A stretch of 64,000 nucleotides of DNA from Acinetobacter phage vB_AbaS_TCUP2199. A program made the position numbers and the translations under genes. The notes under the pieces were generated by a model. The model searched no databases. It saw only the letters and a program-made list of their open reading frames with translations, and was not told the DNA's origin. Positions within the stretch are counted from its first letter, which is position 1, and each line of letters opens with the position of its first letter. The stretch is taken from the sequence record ON323491.1. One strand, written 5' to 3'. Of the stretch, positions 1 through 8,889 are shown piece by piece.

Positions 1-43
1 ATTAGAACGCATACTTAATGCTAATTCTGAATCTTATGAAGCA

Positions 44-367
44 TTGGCTAAACAAGCTCATGAAGGTTCAGCAAAGATGGAAGCCTTTGCTGAAAATCTG
101 GAACGTTCTAAACGTACAGTTCATAAGGGCCGTAATGTTGGCCGAAGCATAGCATTTGTTGGTAGCCCAAATGTAGCTCATTGGCTAAACATCGCCATGG
201 AAAAGGGCCTGCATGTTAAGGTTACCAATGATTTAGAAAATGAATCCTTAGAGCTTAGTGCTGTACGGAAGGAAACATTAACCCGTGCTGACTTTCCAAG
301 TCGGCAAGCGTGGAGAGCGCATTGCCGTGAACTTGCAAAGCAGCAGTCAAAGGAAATGTATAAATGA
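44..367 (+). CDS. hypothetical protein (107 aa)
   Basis: Intact ORF; stop overlaps next start (ATGA); no recognisable motifs. Confidence 0.45.
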   Translation: MAKQAHEGSAKMEAFAENLERSKRTVHKGRNVGRSIAFVGSPNVAHWLNIAMEKGLHVKVTNDLENESLELSAVRKETLTRADFPSRQAWRAHCRELAKQQSKEMYK

Positions 368-720
368 CCCACAAGTTAAAAGCTGGTGTGCTTTCAGTTG
401 AAAAACTGAAAGCATACAAGGTAAAGGGAACCAATCTAGTTTCAATTAAAGTTGAGCAGTTGGGCATCAATTACAATGGTTTAAAAACCCTTTTGTCCCA
501 GTCCTTACAATGGACAAGAGGTCTACATGTTCGCCTAAACGAGTGGGATAGCATTGAAATCGACATGGTAGAGGACCACATCAACCACAAGATTGTTGAT
601 GTGAATTTCATGATCAAAGGATACGCAACGCATCGTGTACTTGGGATTAAGGTAGTTAATCACAAACCGATTTCCTTTGAATCAGTAAGCATTCATGCGT
701 TGCCAGCAAAAATTAATTAA
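364..720 (+). CDS. hypothetical protein (118 aa)
   Basis: ATGA-coupled to upstream ORF. Confidence 0.45.
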   Translation: MTHKLKAGVLSVEKLKAYKVKGTNLVSIKVEQLGINYNGLKTLLSQSLQWTRGLHVRLNEWDSIEIDMVEDHINHKIVDVNFMIKGYATHRVLGIKVVNHKPISFESVSIHALPAKIN

Positions 721-739
721 CTATACAGGAAACAAAATC

Positions 740-1345
740 ATGTCAGAAACAATCCGTGACCAAGCCCTTCGTGCAGCTTTAGCCGTTCTTGATGCAGAAA
801 AACAAATTGCATTCGTAACATTTCGCTATTCAGTACCTAAAAACTTTACTGAAAAACCACAAGTTTATCGCGCTAAAGTTACAGCGGACCAAGTGGTACA
901 AATTTTGAATCAGCAAAAGGTGATTCAAGAATATAAAGAACAGCTTAAAACTCAACCAGTAGGTAAGTCGATTGATAACCTACTTAATCAAAGTTCAATT
1001 ACGTATCTTGGTGAAGAACCAGAAGGGCCAAAGGTATGCCCAGCATTCATCTTTGGTACTTTAATTGGTGACAACAATATCCCTAGTGTTGTTGAAATTT
1101 TATCAATCTTTGGATACGAGCAACTGGCTGGTATTGAAGTTCCTTTAGAAAATTTAAAGTATCTTCATTCAATCTTACCATTGCACACTGAAAACGATGC
1201 GGATAAAAAAGAAGCAGAAGTTGTCAACGTCATCTCTAAAAAGTTGAAAGAGCAGTTTGGTACGAGTTATGCACGAAGCTTACTTGGTGATGATGGGTAT
1301 GCTGACGTGATAAAAACTCTTAACCCACCAGTTGACAAAGACTAA
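740..1345 (+). CDS. hypothetical protein (about 201 aa)
   Basis: ATG at 740 preceded by AGGAAA; ORF-finder start at 695 is likely an extension. Confidence 0.5.
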   Translation: MSETIRDQALRAALAVLDAEKQIAFVTFRYSVPKNFTEKPQVYRAKVTADQVVQILNQQKVIQEYKEQLKTQPVGKSIDNLLNQSSITYLGEEPEGPKVCPAFIFGTLIGDNNIPSVVEILSIFGYEQLAGIEVPLENLKYLHSILPLHTENDADKKEAEVVNVISKKLKEQFGTSYARSLLGDDGYADVIKTLNPPVDKD

Positions 1346-1449
1346 ATTAATCTGTAGTTTTTGAATCTATACCCAAGTTTGACTATGTCCATGCCGCAGT
1401 CAAACTTGGGTTTGTTGTAGGCGGCATAAAATTAACCAAAGAGTAGAGG

Positions 1450-1872
1450 ATGACAATTATGTCAAACACAAACACACCAATTCCAAAAGCAAATGATGAC
1501 ACCGATTTAGGTGATTTTTTTAACTCTTTAGCTGGCGGTGTACAACGCCAAATCATTCAAAAAGTAATGTCTAGCGTAGCTAAAGGCGTACTTCAACATG
1601 GTTCAAAAGGTAAAACTGGTGAAGTTCACATTAAGTTGAAATTTGCTCGTTTATCTGACGACACTGTTGAACAAGGTGCAGTAAAAATCACCTCAGAAGT
1701 ATTCTTTGCTGCGCCAACCCAACGCGGTAAAAAGAATGAAACAGAAAGCCGTGAATCGGTAATGTACATGTCAAGCCAAGGCTTAACAGACGCACCACCG
1801 AAAAAACTTGACGAAGAACAACATAGCCAGTCAGGTATGCCAGTGCCAAAGACGGGAACTTACGCTAGTTAA
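1450..1872 (+). CDS. hypothetical protein (140 aa)
   Basis: ORF with GAGG-type RBS. Confidence 0.45.
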   Translation: MTIMSNTNTPIPKANDDTDLGDFFNSLAGGVQRQIIQKVMSSVAKGVLQHGSKGKTGEVHIKLKFARLSDDTVEQGAVKITSEVFFAAPTQRGKKNETESRESVMYMSSQGLTDAPPKKLDEEQHSQSGMPVPKTGTYAS

Positions 1873-1925
1873 TCTAGCGTAGTTTTTAACTTAACCTTAA
1901 CCAAAACCTTTAGAGTAAATATCAC

Positions 1926-2783
1926 ATGTCTAAGCAAGAACAAAACCCAGTAGATTTTAAATTTGCAGAACAGTACCCAGAACTTGCACCTGAAAATACT
2001 TTAGTGTTGCATGAAAATTTCAATTTATTCGACCTGCAAAAGTATTTACCAAATGCACGTCGTTTAGCTGCAAATTTCCAAACTGGTGATTCTGAGTCAT
2101 ACTTTAAGTATGTGTTGGACCGTAAAGCGGAAAATGAAGATTCTCAAAAATCTCGTACATTCATCAATGCTTTTAATCCAGAATCTAGCTTAACAGCTAC
2201 AACTATCCTTAACTTTGGTACAAGTGAAAACGCAGGCCATGGGGATGATCGTGCTGTTTTGGATTTAAGTCGCGACCCAATGTTTGAAGAATTTTATGAA
2301 GCCTTCAACGATAAATGGTATAAAGCAAACAAACTTGCAGAAACTTTAGAAACATTCTTAGGTACTGCAGAAATGTTTGGTACTGTTGACGGTGAGGAGG
2401 GTCGCCTTCATATTTCAGCAGTTATTAGCAGCTTCCGTAACTTAAAAGTTGAAGCTAATCACACTAACCAGACTACTTCACAGTCACAATTCAAAGCTGA
2501 AACTTCTGATCTTGAAAGCTTTGAAGCGGAAGCTGTTGGTGGTGCTTTACCAGAGTACATTTTCTTTAGCACACCAATCTATGCTGGTTTAGAGTTCCAA
2601 GACATTCGTTTTAAAGTGATCATGGAAAAACGTGAAGATGAAAATAAAAAGCCTTTCGCGGTATTCCGCTTAAAGCCAATTGCATTGAAGTATGCATACC
2701 ATCAAGCGGCTGCTAACTTCCGTCACTTAGTACGTGAAAACTTGGAAGGTGAAGACACTTATATTGGTTCTGCAAAAGTATAA
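1926..2783 (+). CDS. hypothetical protein (285 aa)
   Basis: Long ORF; followed by a hairpin terminator. Confidence 0.5.
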   Translation: MSKQEQNPVDFKFAEQYPELAPENTLVLHENFNLFDLQKYLPNARRLAANFQTGDSESYFKYVLDRKAENEDSQKSRTFINAFNPESSLTATTILNFGTSENAGHGDDRAVLDLSRDPMFEEFYEAFNDKWYKANKLAETLETFLGTAEMFGTVDGEEGRLHISAVISSFRNLKVEANHTNQTTSQSQFKAETSDLESFEAEAVGGALPEYIFFSTPIYAGLEFQDIRFKVIMEKREDENKKPFAVFRLKPIALKYAYHQAAANFRHLVRENLEGEDTYIGSAKV

Positions 2784-2804
2784 GTTCTAACCCCATCATC
2801 AATA

Positions 2805-2833
2805 AAACAGCAAACTTCGGTTTGCTGTTTTTG
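2805..2833 (+). terminator. rho-independent terminator
   Basis: aaacagcaaac-ttcg-gtttgctgttt followed by T-run. Confidence 0.6.
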
Positions 2834-2860
2834 CTATCAAAAAATTAATTGGAGATTAAC

Positions 2861-3274
2861 GTGGATAAGAGCAAAGAAACTTTAGCTTATGTATGGTACA
2901 GATCAATAAATAACGTTGTGATGCATATCCACAATGCTGTTTATAAAGGTGACCGTAAAAGCTGTAAATATAAAGTTGGCAAACAAATTATTGCCACAGT
3001 TGAAAATGACAAAGTGAGCAAGATTGCAGACTTTAGCAAGGGCCGTGTCATTATCCCAGACCATGACAAAGGCATTGTCAAGTACATGCCAATGCTCAAT
3101 GAAACATCTTTGGCCGAAGATGTTCAAGACAGAATGCAAGCAGCAATACGAGCCAACACACCACTCCAAGTATATAAGGCTTATGAAGTCACAGGTCTTA
3201 AATACTGGATAACTAATCGTATTGAATTTATCTACAAATATGCCAACCGTGTAGCAAACCCACAAAGCAATTAA
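2861..3274 (+). CDS. hypothetical protein
   Basis: GTG start with GGAG 6 nt upstream; ORF-finder TTG start at 2849 is less likely. Confidence 0.45.
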   Translation: MDKSKETLAYVWYRSINNVVMHIHNAVYKGDRKSCKYKVGKQIIATVENDKVSKIADFSKGRVIIPDHDKGIVKYMPMLNETSLAEDVQDRMQAAIRANTPLQVYKAYEVTGLKYWITNRIEFIYKYANRVANPQSN

Positions 3275-3286
3275 GAGGACTCCACC

Positions 3287-3742
3287 ATGGAACTTAAAAA
3301 TCGTACAGTTGAAGAAGTAGCAGCAGAAATCGAAAAGCTGATTGCAATAATGGACCCGAATCAACCATATTCAGTTGATGCCATTAAAGCCGACGTTGAC
3401 CAAGCGGAGGTGGATGCGCTGCTTAAACTGCTACATATTCGCTCACAGCTTGTTGAGAAATTCAAAGCAGTGTTTAACGTGGTTGACTCTATCGAAGCCA
3501 GTGTCAAAGCTAAACGTTTCCCTGCAGGTACTTATGGTATTACCAACCCGCTGAAAGTATCAGCAGTAACCAGCAAGGTTTATGATATGAAAGGAATCTT
3601 GGAAATTCTCAAAGATAAGTTTGATGATATTGAACCATACGTGATTCCTGATCTTAAAAACAAAACAGTTGAAGAAATCGTTGGCACTCAACCAAAGCTG
3701 GTTACAACAGTAAAAGGCACAAACCGCCACAGCTTCAAATAA
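3287..3742 (+). CDS. hypothetical protein (151 aa)
   Basis: ORF with RBS GAGGA. Confidence 0.5.
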   Translation: MELKNRTVEEVAAEIEKLIAIMDPNQPYSVDAIKADVDQAEVDALLKLLHIRSQLVEKFKAVFNVVDSIEASVKAKRFPAGTYGITNPLKVSAVTSKVYDMKGILEILKDKFDDIEPYVIPDLKNKTVEEIVGTQPKLVTTVKGTNRHSFK

Positions 3743-3753
3743 GGATACACGTC

Positions 3754-3975
3754 ATGCCAAGACATTTAACAATGGATGACGTAAGCAAACTTGACGATGA
3801 ATGTGCATACATCATCGTCAATGCTGCACCGATTCCTGTAGTTGAGTTAGTGACCATGGACTACAACAAAGCACGTGGTTTATGTGTAAGTGAAGAAAAC
3901 AATGTTATGCTTGCGCTCACACCAGAAACCTTGGCTGCAGTCCGCAGCGGTGAATACTTGGAGATCAAAGTATGA
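3754..3975 (+). CDS. hypothetical protein (73 aa)
   Basis: Small ORF, ATGA overlap with next. Confidence 0.4.
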   Translation: MPRHLTMDDVSKLDDECAYIIVNAAPIPVVELVTMDYNKARGLCVSEENNVMLALTPETLAAVRSGEYLEIKV

Positions 3976-4256
3976 CAACCTTCACAATCACTTTTAACCC
4001 ATTCTACTTTGATATTATTCTTATATATATCATTTGGTTAGTTGCACCAATTGCTTTACGTTGGGATGTACATTTAAGTGACCCTAAGAAAGCTAAAGAA
4101 CCCCACTGGCAGTTTTTAACTATGGTGGTTGGTTTTGCTTTAATTGTTACCTTATTTGTTTTACGTATACTTGACGCGATATTCGCTCAACTAGCAATAT
4201 CACTTGATAAAGTATTAACCAAGTATGGAAAATATGTTTTTCCTACCAAAAAATAG
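3972..4256 (+). CDS. small membrane protein (94 aa, 2-3 TM)
   Basis: Hydrophobic segments ILIYIIWLVAPIAL and VVGFALIVTLFVL. Confidence 0.45.
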   Translation: MTTFTITFNPFYFDIILIYIIWLVAPIALRWDVHLSDPKKAKEPHWQFLTMVVGFALIVTLFVLRILDAIFAQLAISLDKVLTKYGKYVFPTKK

Positions 4257-4264
4257 GTGGTCAG

Positions 4265-4738
4265 GTGAGTATAGAAAAACTTGAAACACTATTTGCAATT
4301 GAGTTCGGGCAACTACTTGAAAACTATCTGTATTCTAACGCACGACGTGAAGAATTGACGGACGTAATCTGTAGCTGCCTGCAGTTGCGAAACAAACAGC
4401 AATTGGCCCAGATATATGCTGGGTATGATATACCTTCAACCGCTAACATATTTGAATTGATCAGAACATTGAATGACGACGAGTTCACCATGCGCTTTTT
4501 CAAGCTGCAGACTACGTTGCCAGAAGTGGCTGTATCAAGACCAGAGGAAGTGGTTGAGCAAGCACCTGTCGTTGAGGTAAGTACGGAGCGTAAACCGTAC
4601 TGGATGATCGACGATGAAGAAAAGCCTGCAGACTATCCAAAGCAAGACGAAAATGACTTGCGAAAAAATGACGACATGTTCGATGAACTTGGAGACATGG
4701 ATATGGATATGATGAAGGGGATTGATTTTAACCTTTAA
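4265..4738 (+). CDS. hypothetical protein with strongly acidic C-terminus (157 aa)
   Basis: GTG start after AGGTGG; C-terminus DDEEKPADYPKQDENDL...DMDMDMM. Confidence 0.45.
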   Translation: MSIEKLETLFAIEFGQLLENYLYSNARREELTDVICSCLQLRNKQQLAQIYAGYDIPSTANIFELIRTLNDDEFTMRFFKLQTTLPEVAVSRPEEVVEQAPVVEVSTERKPYWMIDDEEKPADYPKQDENDLRKNDDMFDELGDMDMDMMKGIDFNL

Positions 4739-4755
4739 AAATTAGGAAATTAACG

Positions 4756-6333
4756 ATGTTAGAGTTAAGACAAAAACAGATTAAAACTTTCCAGAAAGCG
4801 TTAATGAATAAACGCTTCCTAGATCGTTCACATGCAGGGACTGGTAAAACAGCCCCTATTTGCTGCCTGACTGGTTTTTTGATCGGCTCTAAACCAGTTG
4901 ATATTCATCCGTCAAAAACCATTCACCAGATACCGAAAATTGTCACTTTAACGAAACACTCAATTACTCAGGTAACTGGTGGAATATATAACTGCCGTGC
5001 TATTTGGATTCAGCCAAGTTCATTGATGGAGAAAAATCGTCAGGAACTTTTAAGTTGGAACCCAACATGGTCGGAGTCTGCAGTAAAAGTTGTACAGGGA
5101 ACACCTGCCAAAAAGAAAAGAATCATTAATGATGAAAATACTTTGGTGTGGGTTATGACTGCAGAAGCTTTCAAGGCTTATTACAAAGAAATGAAAGTTA
5201 AGTATCCAGATATTCTACAAATTGTTTGTGATGAACCTCACTTATATTACCGTGGCTTTAACAGTGCCCGTACCCAATTTTTTGTCAACAACGTGGACCA
5301 AAACACTCGCGTTCACTTCATGACCGCAACACCAACACCACGTGGCAAGTTAAGTTCAGCTTACACTTACTGTCACATGATTCAGCGCGATTATTATGGA
5401 TGCTATGACTGGTTCATTAATACCCACGCTGATCTTGATGAATACGGTAATCCACAGAACTGGAAAAACCATGACAAGCTATGGACATTCTTGGATAACT
5501 ACTCAATCTGCTGGACCAGTAAGGATATGTATGGTGACGTTGACGAAGTTATTATTCGTGATGTTGTTCGTATGAATCCAGTAGTTGAACATGTGTATCG
5601 TGAATTTGAATTAGCTGGTATTGCCGATTTGCAGGGTTCAGTATTGAATGCAACGAGTGGCGGTGTCGAAAGCCTACGCTGTCGCCAAATGCTATGCCAC
5701 CCACATGCTATCCGTATTCCATGTGCTTGGGGTGATGACGGTAAACCAACCAACTACCAAGTCGGGACAATTTTAGACGACATTACCCCTAAATTAGAAA
5801 GAATTGTAGAATATGCAGAAGCTGGTGAGCCATTGATCATCTTTGGTTCATTCACTTCTGAAATAGAAATGATTGCCGAAACTTTACGGAGAAGAAAATT
5901 CCGTGTCGGTGTCATCCATGGTGGAGTTTTACAACTCCAACGTGTGAAGATCGACCAAGACTTCCAAGCTGGAAAGCTTGACGTAGTGGTCTGTTCTGCA
6001 GCAACAGCAGGCGTTGGCTTCAACTGGGGCCACGTCAACACAGTAATTTTCCATTCATTGAACTATGGTGATGATGAGTTCTTGCAAGCGATTGCCCGTG
6101 CTAAGCGTGGTGTTCGTACAGAGACACTTAAAATTATCTTGTTGGAATATGAAAATACTATTGATCAACCAGTCATGTGGGCGGTGCATCATAACTCACG
6201 CAACAGCCATTTGACCAATCCAGACAACCCGATTATTTACTTCCCACGTGTGATGCAAGATGATAAAAACGCATCTTTAACACCACAAATGGAAATGGAA
6301 TATAAGGAATATGGTGAAAAGATGATCGCATAG
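4756..6333 (+). CDS. SF2 DNA helicase (DExH-box)
   Basis: Walker A AGTGKT, DEPH (motif II), TATP (motif III), QAIARAKRG (motif VI). Confidence 0.7.
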   Translation: MLELRQKQIKTFQKALMNKRFLDRSHAGTGKTAPICCLTGFLIGSKPVDIHPSKTIHQIPKIVTLTKHSITQVTGGIYNCRAIWIQPSSLMEKNRQELLSWNPTWSESAVKVVQGTPAKKKRIINDENTLVWVMTAEAFKAYYKEMKVKYPDILQIVCDEPHLYYRGFNSARTQFFVNNVDQNTRVHFMTATPTPRGKLSSAYTYCHMIQRDYYGCYDWFINTHADLDEYGNPQNWKNHDKLWTFLDNYSICWTSKDMYGDVDEVIIRDVVRMNPVVEHVYREFELAGIADLQGSVLNATSGGVESLRCRQMLCHPHAIRIPCAWGDDGKPTNYQVGTILDDITPKLERIVEYAEAGEPLIIFGSFTSEIEMIAETLRRRKFRVGVIHGGVLQLQRVKIDQDFQAGKLDVVVCSAATAGVGFNWGHVNTVIFHSLNYGDDEFLQAIARAKRGVRTETLKIILLEYENTIDQPVMWAVHHNSRNSHLTNPDNPIIYFPRVMQDDKNASLTPQMEMEYKEYGEKMIA

Positions 6334-6345
6334 TGAAAATTACTG

Positions 6346-6375
6346 TTGACTCTAACCAGATTTTGCAATTATAGT
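6346..6375 (+). promoter_or_regulatory. sigma70-like promoter candidate (TTGACT-18-TATAGT)
   Basis: -35 TTGACT 6346-6351; -10 TATAGT 6370-6375. Confidence 0.35.
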
Positions 6376-6380
6376 AAGTC

Positions 6381-6422
6381 ATCACCGCAGTTTACACCTC
6401 GTTTTCTGCGGTGATATTTTTA
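6381..6422 (+). terminator. promoter-proximal hairpin plus T-run (attenuator/terminator-like)
   Basis: atcaccgcag...tgcggtgat stem followed by atttttat. Confidence 0.4.
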
Positions 6423-6467
6423 TGTTTCAAAATCACTTTCAAAATCAAAGTCACAGGAAATTTTATC

Positions 6468-7253
6468 ATGACAGCATTAAATGAAGCACTAAACGCAGCA
6501 GCAAACGAAGCGGCAGCAGATTCAACTGCAACAGCTCAACCTATCTCTCAGGTAGATCAAGGCTCAGTAGTTGGAAATGGTGAAGCTACTACACCTGCAG
6601 TAGCGAATCGCCAAGTAGCAGCAGCGCCTGCGGCTGGTGGTCCTTCACTGTCTATGGACAGCAGCGTTGTCCAATCACAAAGCAGCATCACAGAATTTTT
6701 AAAATTAAGTGATGGTGGCTGTATGGTTGGTGAAGCAAAGTTCGACCCAATCAAAGTTCGTATTCGTCTTGAAGATGCCAGCAATGGTGGTGGTTTTAAA
6801 CCAGCTTACATGATGAACTACGAAGGTCCACAAGGCATGGTTTACACTAAATCTTATGATGGTGTAAATACGTCAAGTAATAACCCAGCTCACGCTGGAT
6901 TATCATGGGCTGATAACAAAGCACGTATTCTTAACCTTGCACCAAAAGCGTATGATTTCTTAGGATATGATATTGCGTTTGTTGTAGCGGAAGATACTTT
7001 GTCTAAAGACAAGAAAACTGAACTAAAAGCTGGTACAGTTCTTGGCTTTACGACTCCATACACTGCAGCAAAAATGTTGAAGAAAGTATGGGACTCAGGT
7101 GTTGGTGCAAACCAACGTGGTAATGATGCAATTCTTATGATTTCTGGTGAAGAAATTTCTAAGAATGGTCGTCAGTACAAGCAATTAGTTGTTGAGCATG
7201 TCGGTTACGCAGCTCCAACTACTGTGGCTGAACCTGAACATGAAGGTGAGTAA
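6468..7253 (+). CDS. hypothetical protein, Ala/Gln-rich N-terminus (possible ssDNA-binding or recombination-associated)
   Basis: ATG 6468 with AGGAAA RBS; sits between helicase and FEN; start 6411 overlaps the hairpin and is rejected. Confidence 0.45.
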   Translation: MTALNEALNAAANEAAADSTATAQPISQVDQGSVVGNGEATTPAVANRQVAAAPAAGGPSLSMDSSVVQSQSSITEFLKLSDGGCMVGEAKFDPIKVRIRLEDASNGGGFKPAYMMNYEGPQGMVYTKSYDGVNTSSNNPAHAGLSWADNKARILNLAPKAYDFLGYDIAFVVAEDTLSKDKKTELKAGTVLGFTTPYTAAKMLKKVWDSGVGANQRGNDAILMISGEEISKNGRQYKQLVVEHVGYAAPTTVAEPEHEGE

Positions 7254-7266
7254 TCACTTTTAAGTC

Positions 7267-7296
7267 AAATGCCCCTTAATTGGGGCATTTGTCTAT
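7267..7296 (+). terminator. rho-independent terminator candidate
   Basis: aaatgcccc-ttaat-tggggcattt. Confidence 0.4.
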
Positions 7297-7307
7297 TTGG
7301 AGATAAC

Positions 7308-7484
7308 ATGTTAGTCCTTCCAGATTTAAAGCCAGAAACCTTAGTTGCCTTGGCGATTTTTGTTCTCATGTTTTGTATAGCTTGTTGGTACGAAGAACAC
7401 ATGGAGAAAAAGAACAAGAAAATAGCAGAGGAATCTAAGAAAAAATTTAACAAAAACAAAGGGGTAGATGAATGCAACGAATAA
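7308..7484 (+). CDS. small membrane protein (about 58 aa)
   Basis: ATG after GGAG; TM segment LVALAIFVLMFCIACW. Confidence 0.35.
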   Translation: MLVLPDLKPETLVALAIFVLMFCIACWYEEHMEKKNKKIAEESKKKFNKNKGVDECNE

Positions 7485-8290
7485 ATATTATTGATGGAAA
7501 TAACCAGTTTTTCATCAATATGAGTCGCGCACTAAATGCTCAAGACCTTGCCCGTCGCTGCTTTGAATTACACCATGGTTATGACATTGTGTATTGGACC
7601 TTTGACGGAATTGATTCACGCAAACCACGTCGTGATTTGTACGCTGGCTATAAAGATACTGTAGCCCGTCAAAAAGCCAAACATGATACCAACCGTTATG
7701 AATTATTAAAGAATTTTAAACACCAACACTTACCAGCACATGGTGGTGTCATAGTTATTGAAGTTCCCTTTTTTGAAGCCGATGACGTTATCCGTAAGCT
7801 GGTCAATCATCACGCGAATGGTGACAACCTGATAACCATTTCATCAAACGATGCCGATTTACTTGACTTGACACGGTTTAAGGGTGTGACACAGCCACAA
7901 GCTAAGTTCCCTGCAGTCTGTCAGGACCCAGTTTACTTGCCAATATACAAAACACTGGTTGGTGATACTGGTGACAATATCAAGGGCCTAAAAGGTTTTG
8001 GTGATGGTGCATGGTCCAAATTATCAGATGGTGACATGCGTTTGATTGCTTCATGTCTATGGAATAAGATACGCATTGACCAAGATAGCGTGATGGATGA
8101 TGAAAAGCTCAAAGCTAAGTTAATAGAGCATTGGGATTCTGTTGCGTTATGGTATAAGCTAGTTGACTATATTGACGTTCCAGACGATGCTATTCAAGCT
8201 AACTTGAGAATACATCCACGGAAAACTCCAAAAAACCCTGTGGCATTTGTCGATACCAAACGGCCAAGCATTTCAATGGATACGCTATGA
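7472..8290 (+). CDS. 5'-3' exonuclease / flap endonuclease (PolI N-terminal-like)
   Basis: H3TH-like motif GDTGDNIKGLKGFG; acidic clusters EADDV, SNDAD. Confidence 0.7.
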   Translation: MQRINIIDGNNQFFINMSRALNAQDLARRCFELHHGYDIVYWTFDGIDSRKPRRDLYAGYKDTVARQKAKHDTNRYELLKNFKHQHLPAHGGVIVIEVPFFEADDVIRKLVNHHANGDNLITISSNDADLLDLTRFKGVTQPQAKFPAVCQDPVYLPIYKTLVGDTGDNIKGLKGFGDGAWSKLSDGDMRLIASCLWNKIRIDQDSVMDDEKLKAKLIEHWDSVALWYKLVDYIDVPDDAIQANLRIHPRKTPKNPVAFVDTKRPSISMDTL

Positions 8291-8826
8291 GTACATATAC
8301 TGCAAATCGTAATAACCCTGATGTGATGAACATTTCAGGTAAACCAGCCATTCAAGCAGCAAGTGCTGAGGGCAAATCAATCCTGTTAGCAATCCTTGCG
8401 TTTGCTAAAGAGGACTCAGACAAAGGTACTTACTTACGTTATGTACCAGAGAGCAAAGCGTGGACCGATTCTAAAGGTCATGTTGTTCTATTTAATATCG
8501 CTGACTCAGAAACCACTTCTGCAGAAGCTATCCAATTGGTTAAGCAGTTCTCAACCAAGACTGGATATGAACCCCCTGTTAAGACTCAGGTTTCAGAAGG
8601 TGGCACTTTAGCTACCGACAATGGTGAGCCTATCGCAATCAGCACCCGTGCTATTGAAGAAAGCTCAAGTGACGAAAATGACGAAACAAATAAAAATGCA
8701 GAAGTCATTGGCGTTGACCATGAAAGCAAAAAAGTAGAACAAGAACCAGTAGTAGAAAAAGAAACGGTAGCTAAGCGCACTGCCAAGGCTGTAAAACCAG
8801 CTACAGATTCAACTACTGAATCGTAG
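8287..8826 (+). CDS. hypothetical protein with acidic C-terminal tail (179 aa)
   Basis: ATGA overlap with upstream gene; followed by a strong terminator. Confidence 0.5.
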   Translation: MSTYTANRNNPDVMNISGKPAIQAASAEGKSILLAILAFAKEDSDKGTYLRYVPESKAWTDSKGHVVLFNIADSETTSAEAIQLVKQFSTKTGYEPPVKTQVSEGGTLATDNGEPIAISTRAIEESSSDENDETNKNAEVIGVDHESKKVEQEPVVEKETVAKRTAKAVKPATDSTTES

Positions 8827-8857
8827 CAATAAATAGAAACAGCCGTTATCAAGTGAT

Positions 8858-8888
8858 AAACTCTCGTCAACTGACGAGAGTTTTTTAT
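8858..8888 (+). terminator. rho-independent terminator
   Basis: ctctcgtca-act-gacgagag followed by ttttttatt; abuts the ATG at 8890. Confidence 0.65.
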
Positions 8889-8889
8889 T

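Noticed and set aside
6411-6467. Extended start for the 6468 gene
   Set aside because: It overlaps the hairpin and T-run. The ATG at 6468 has an AGGAAA RBS.
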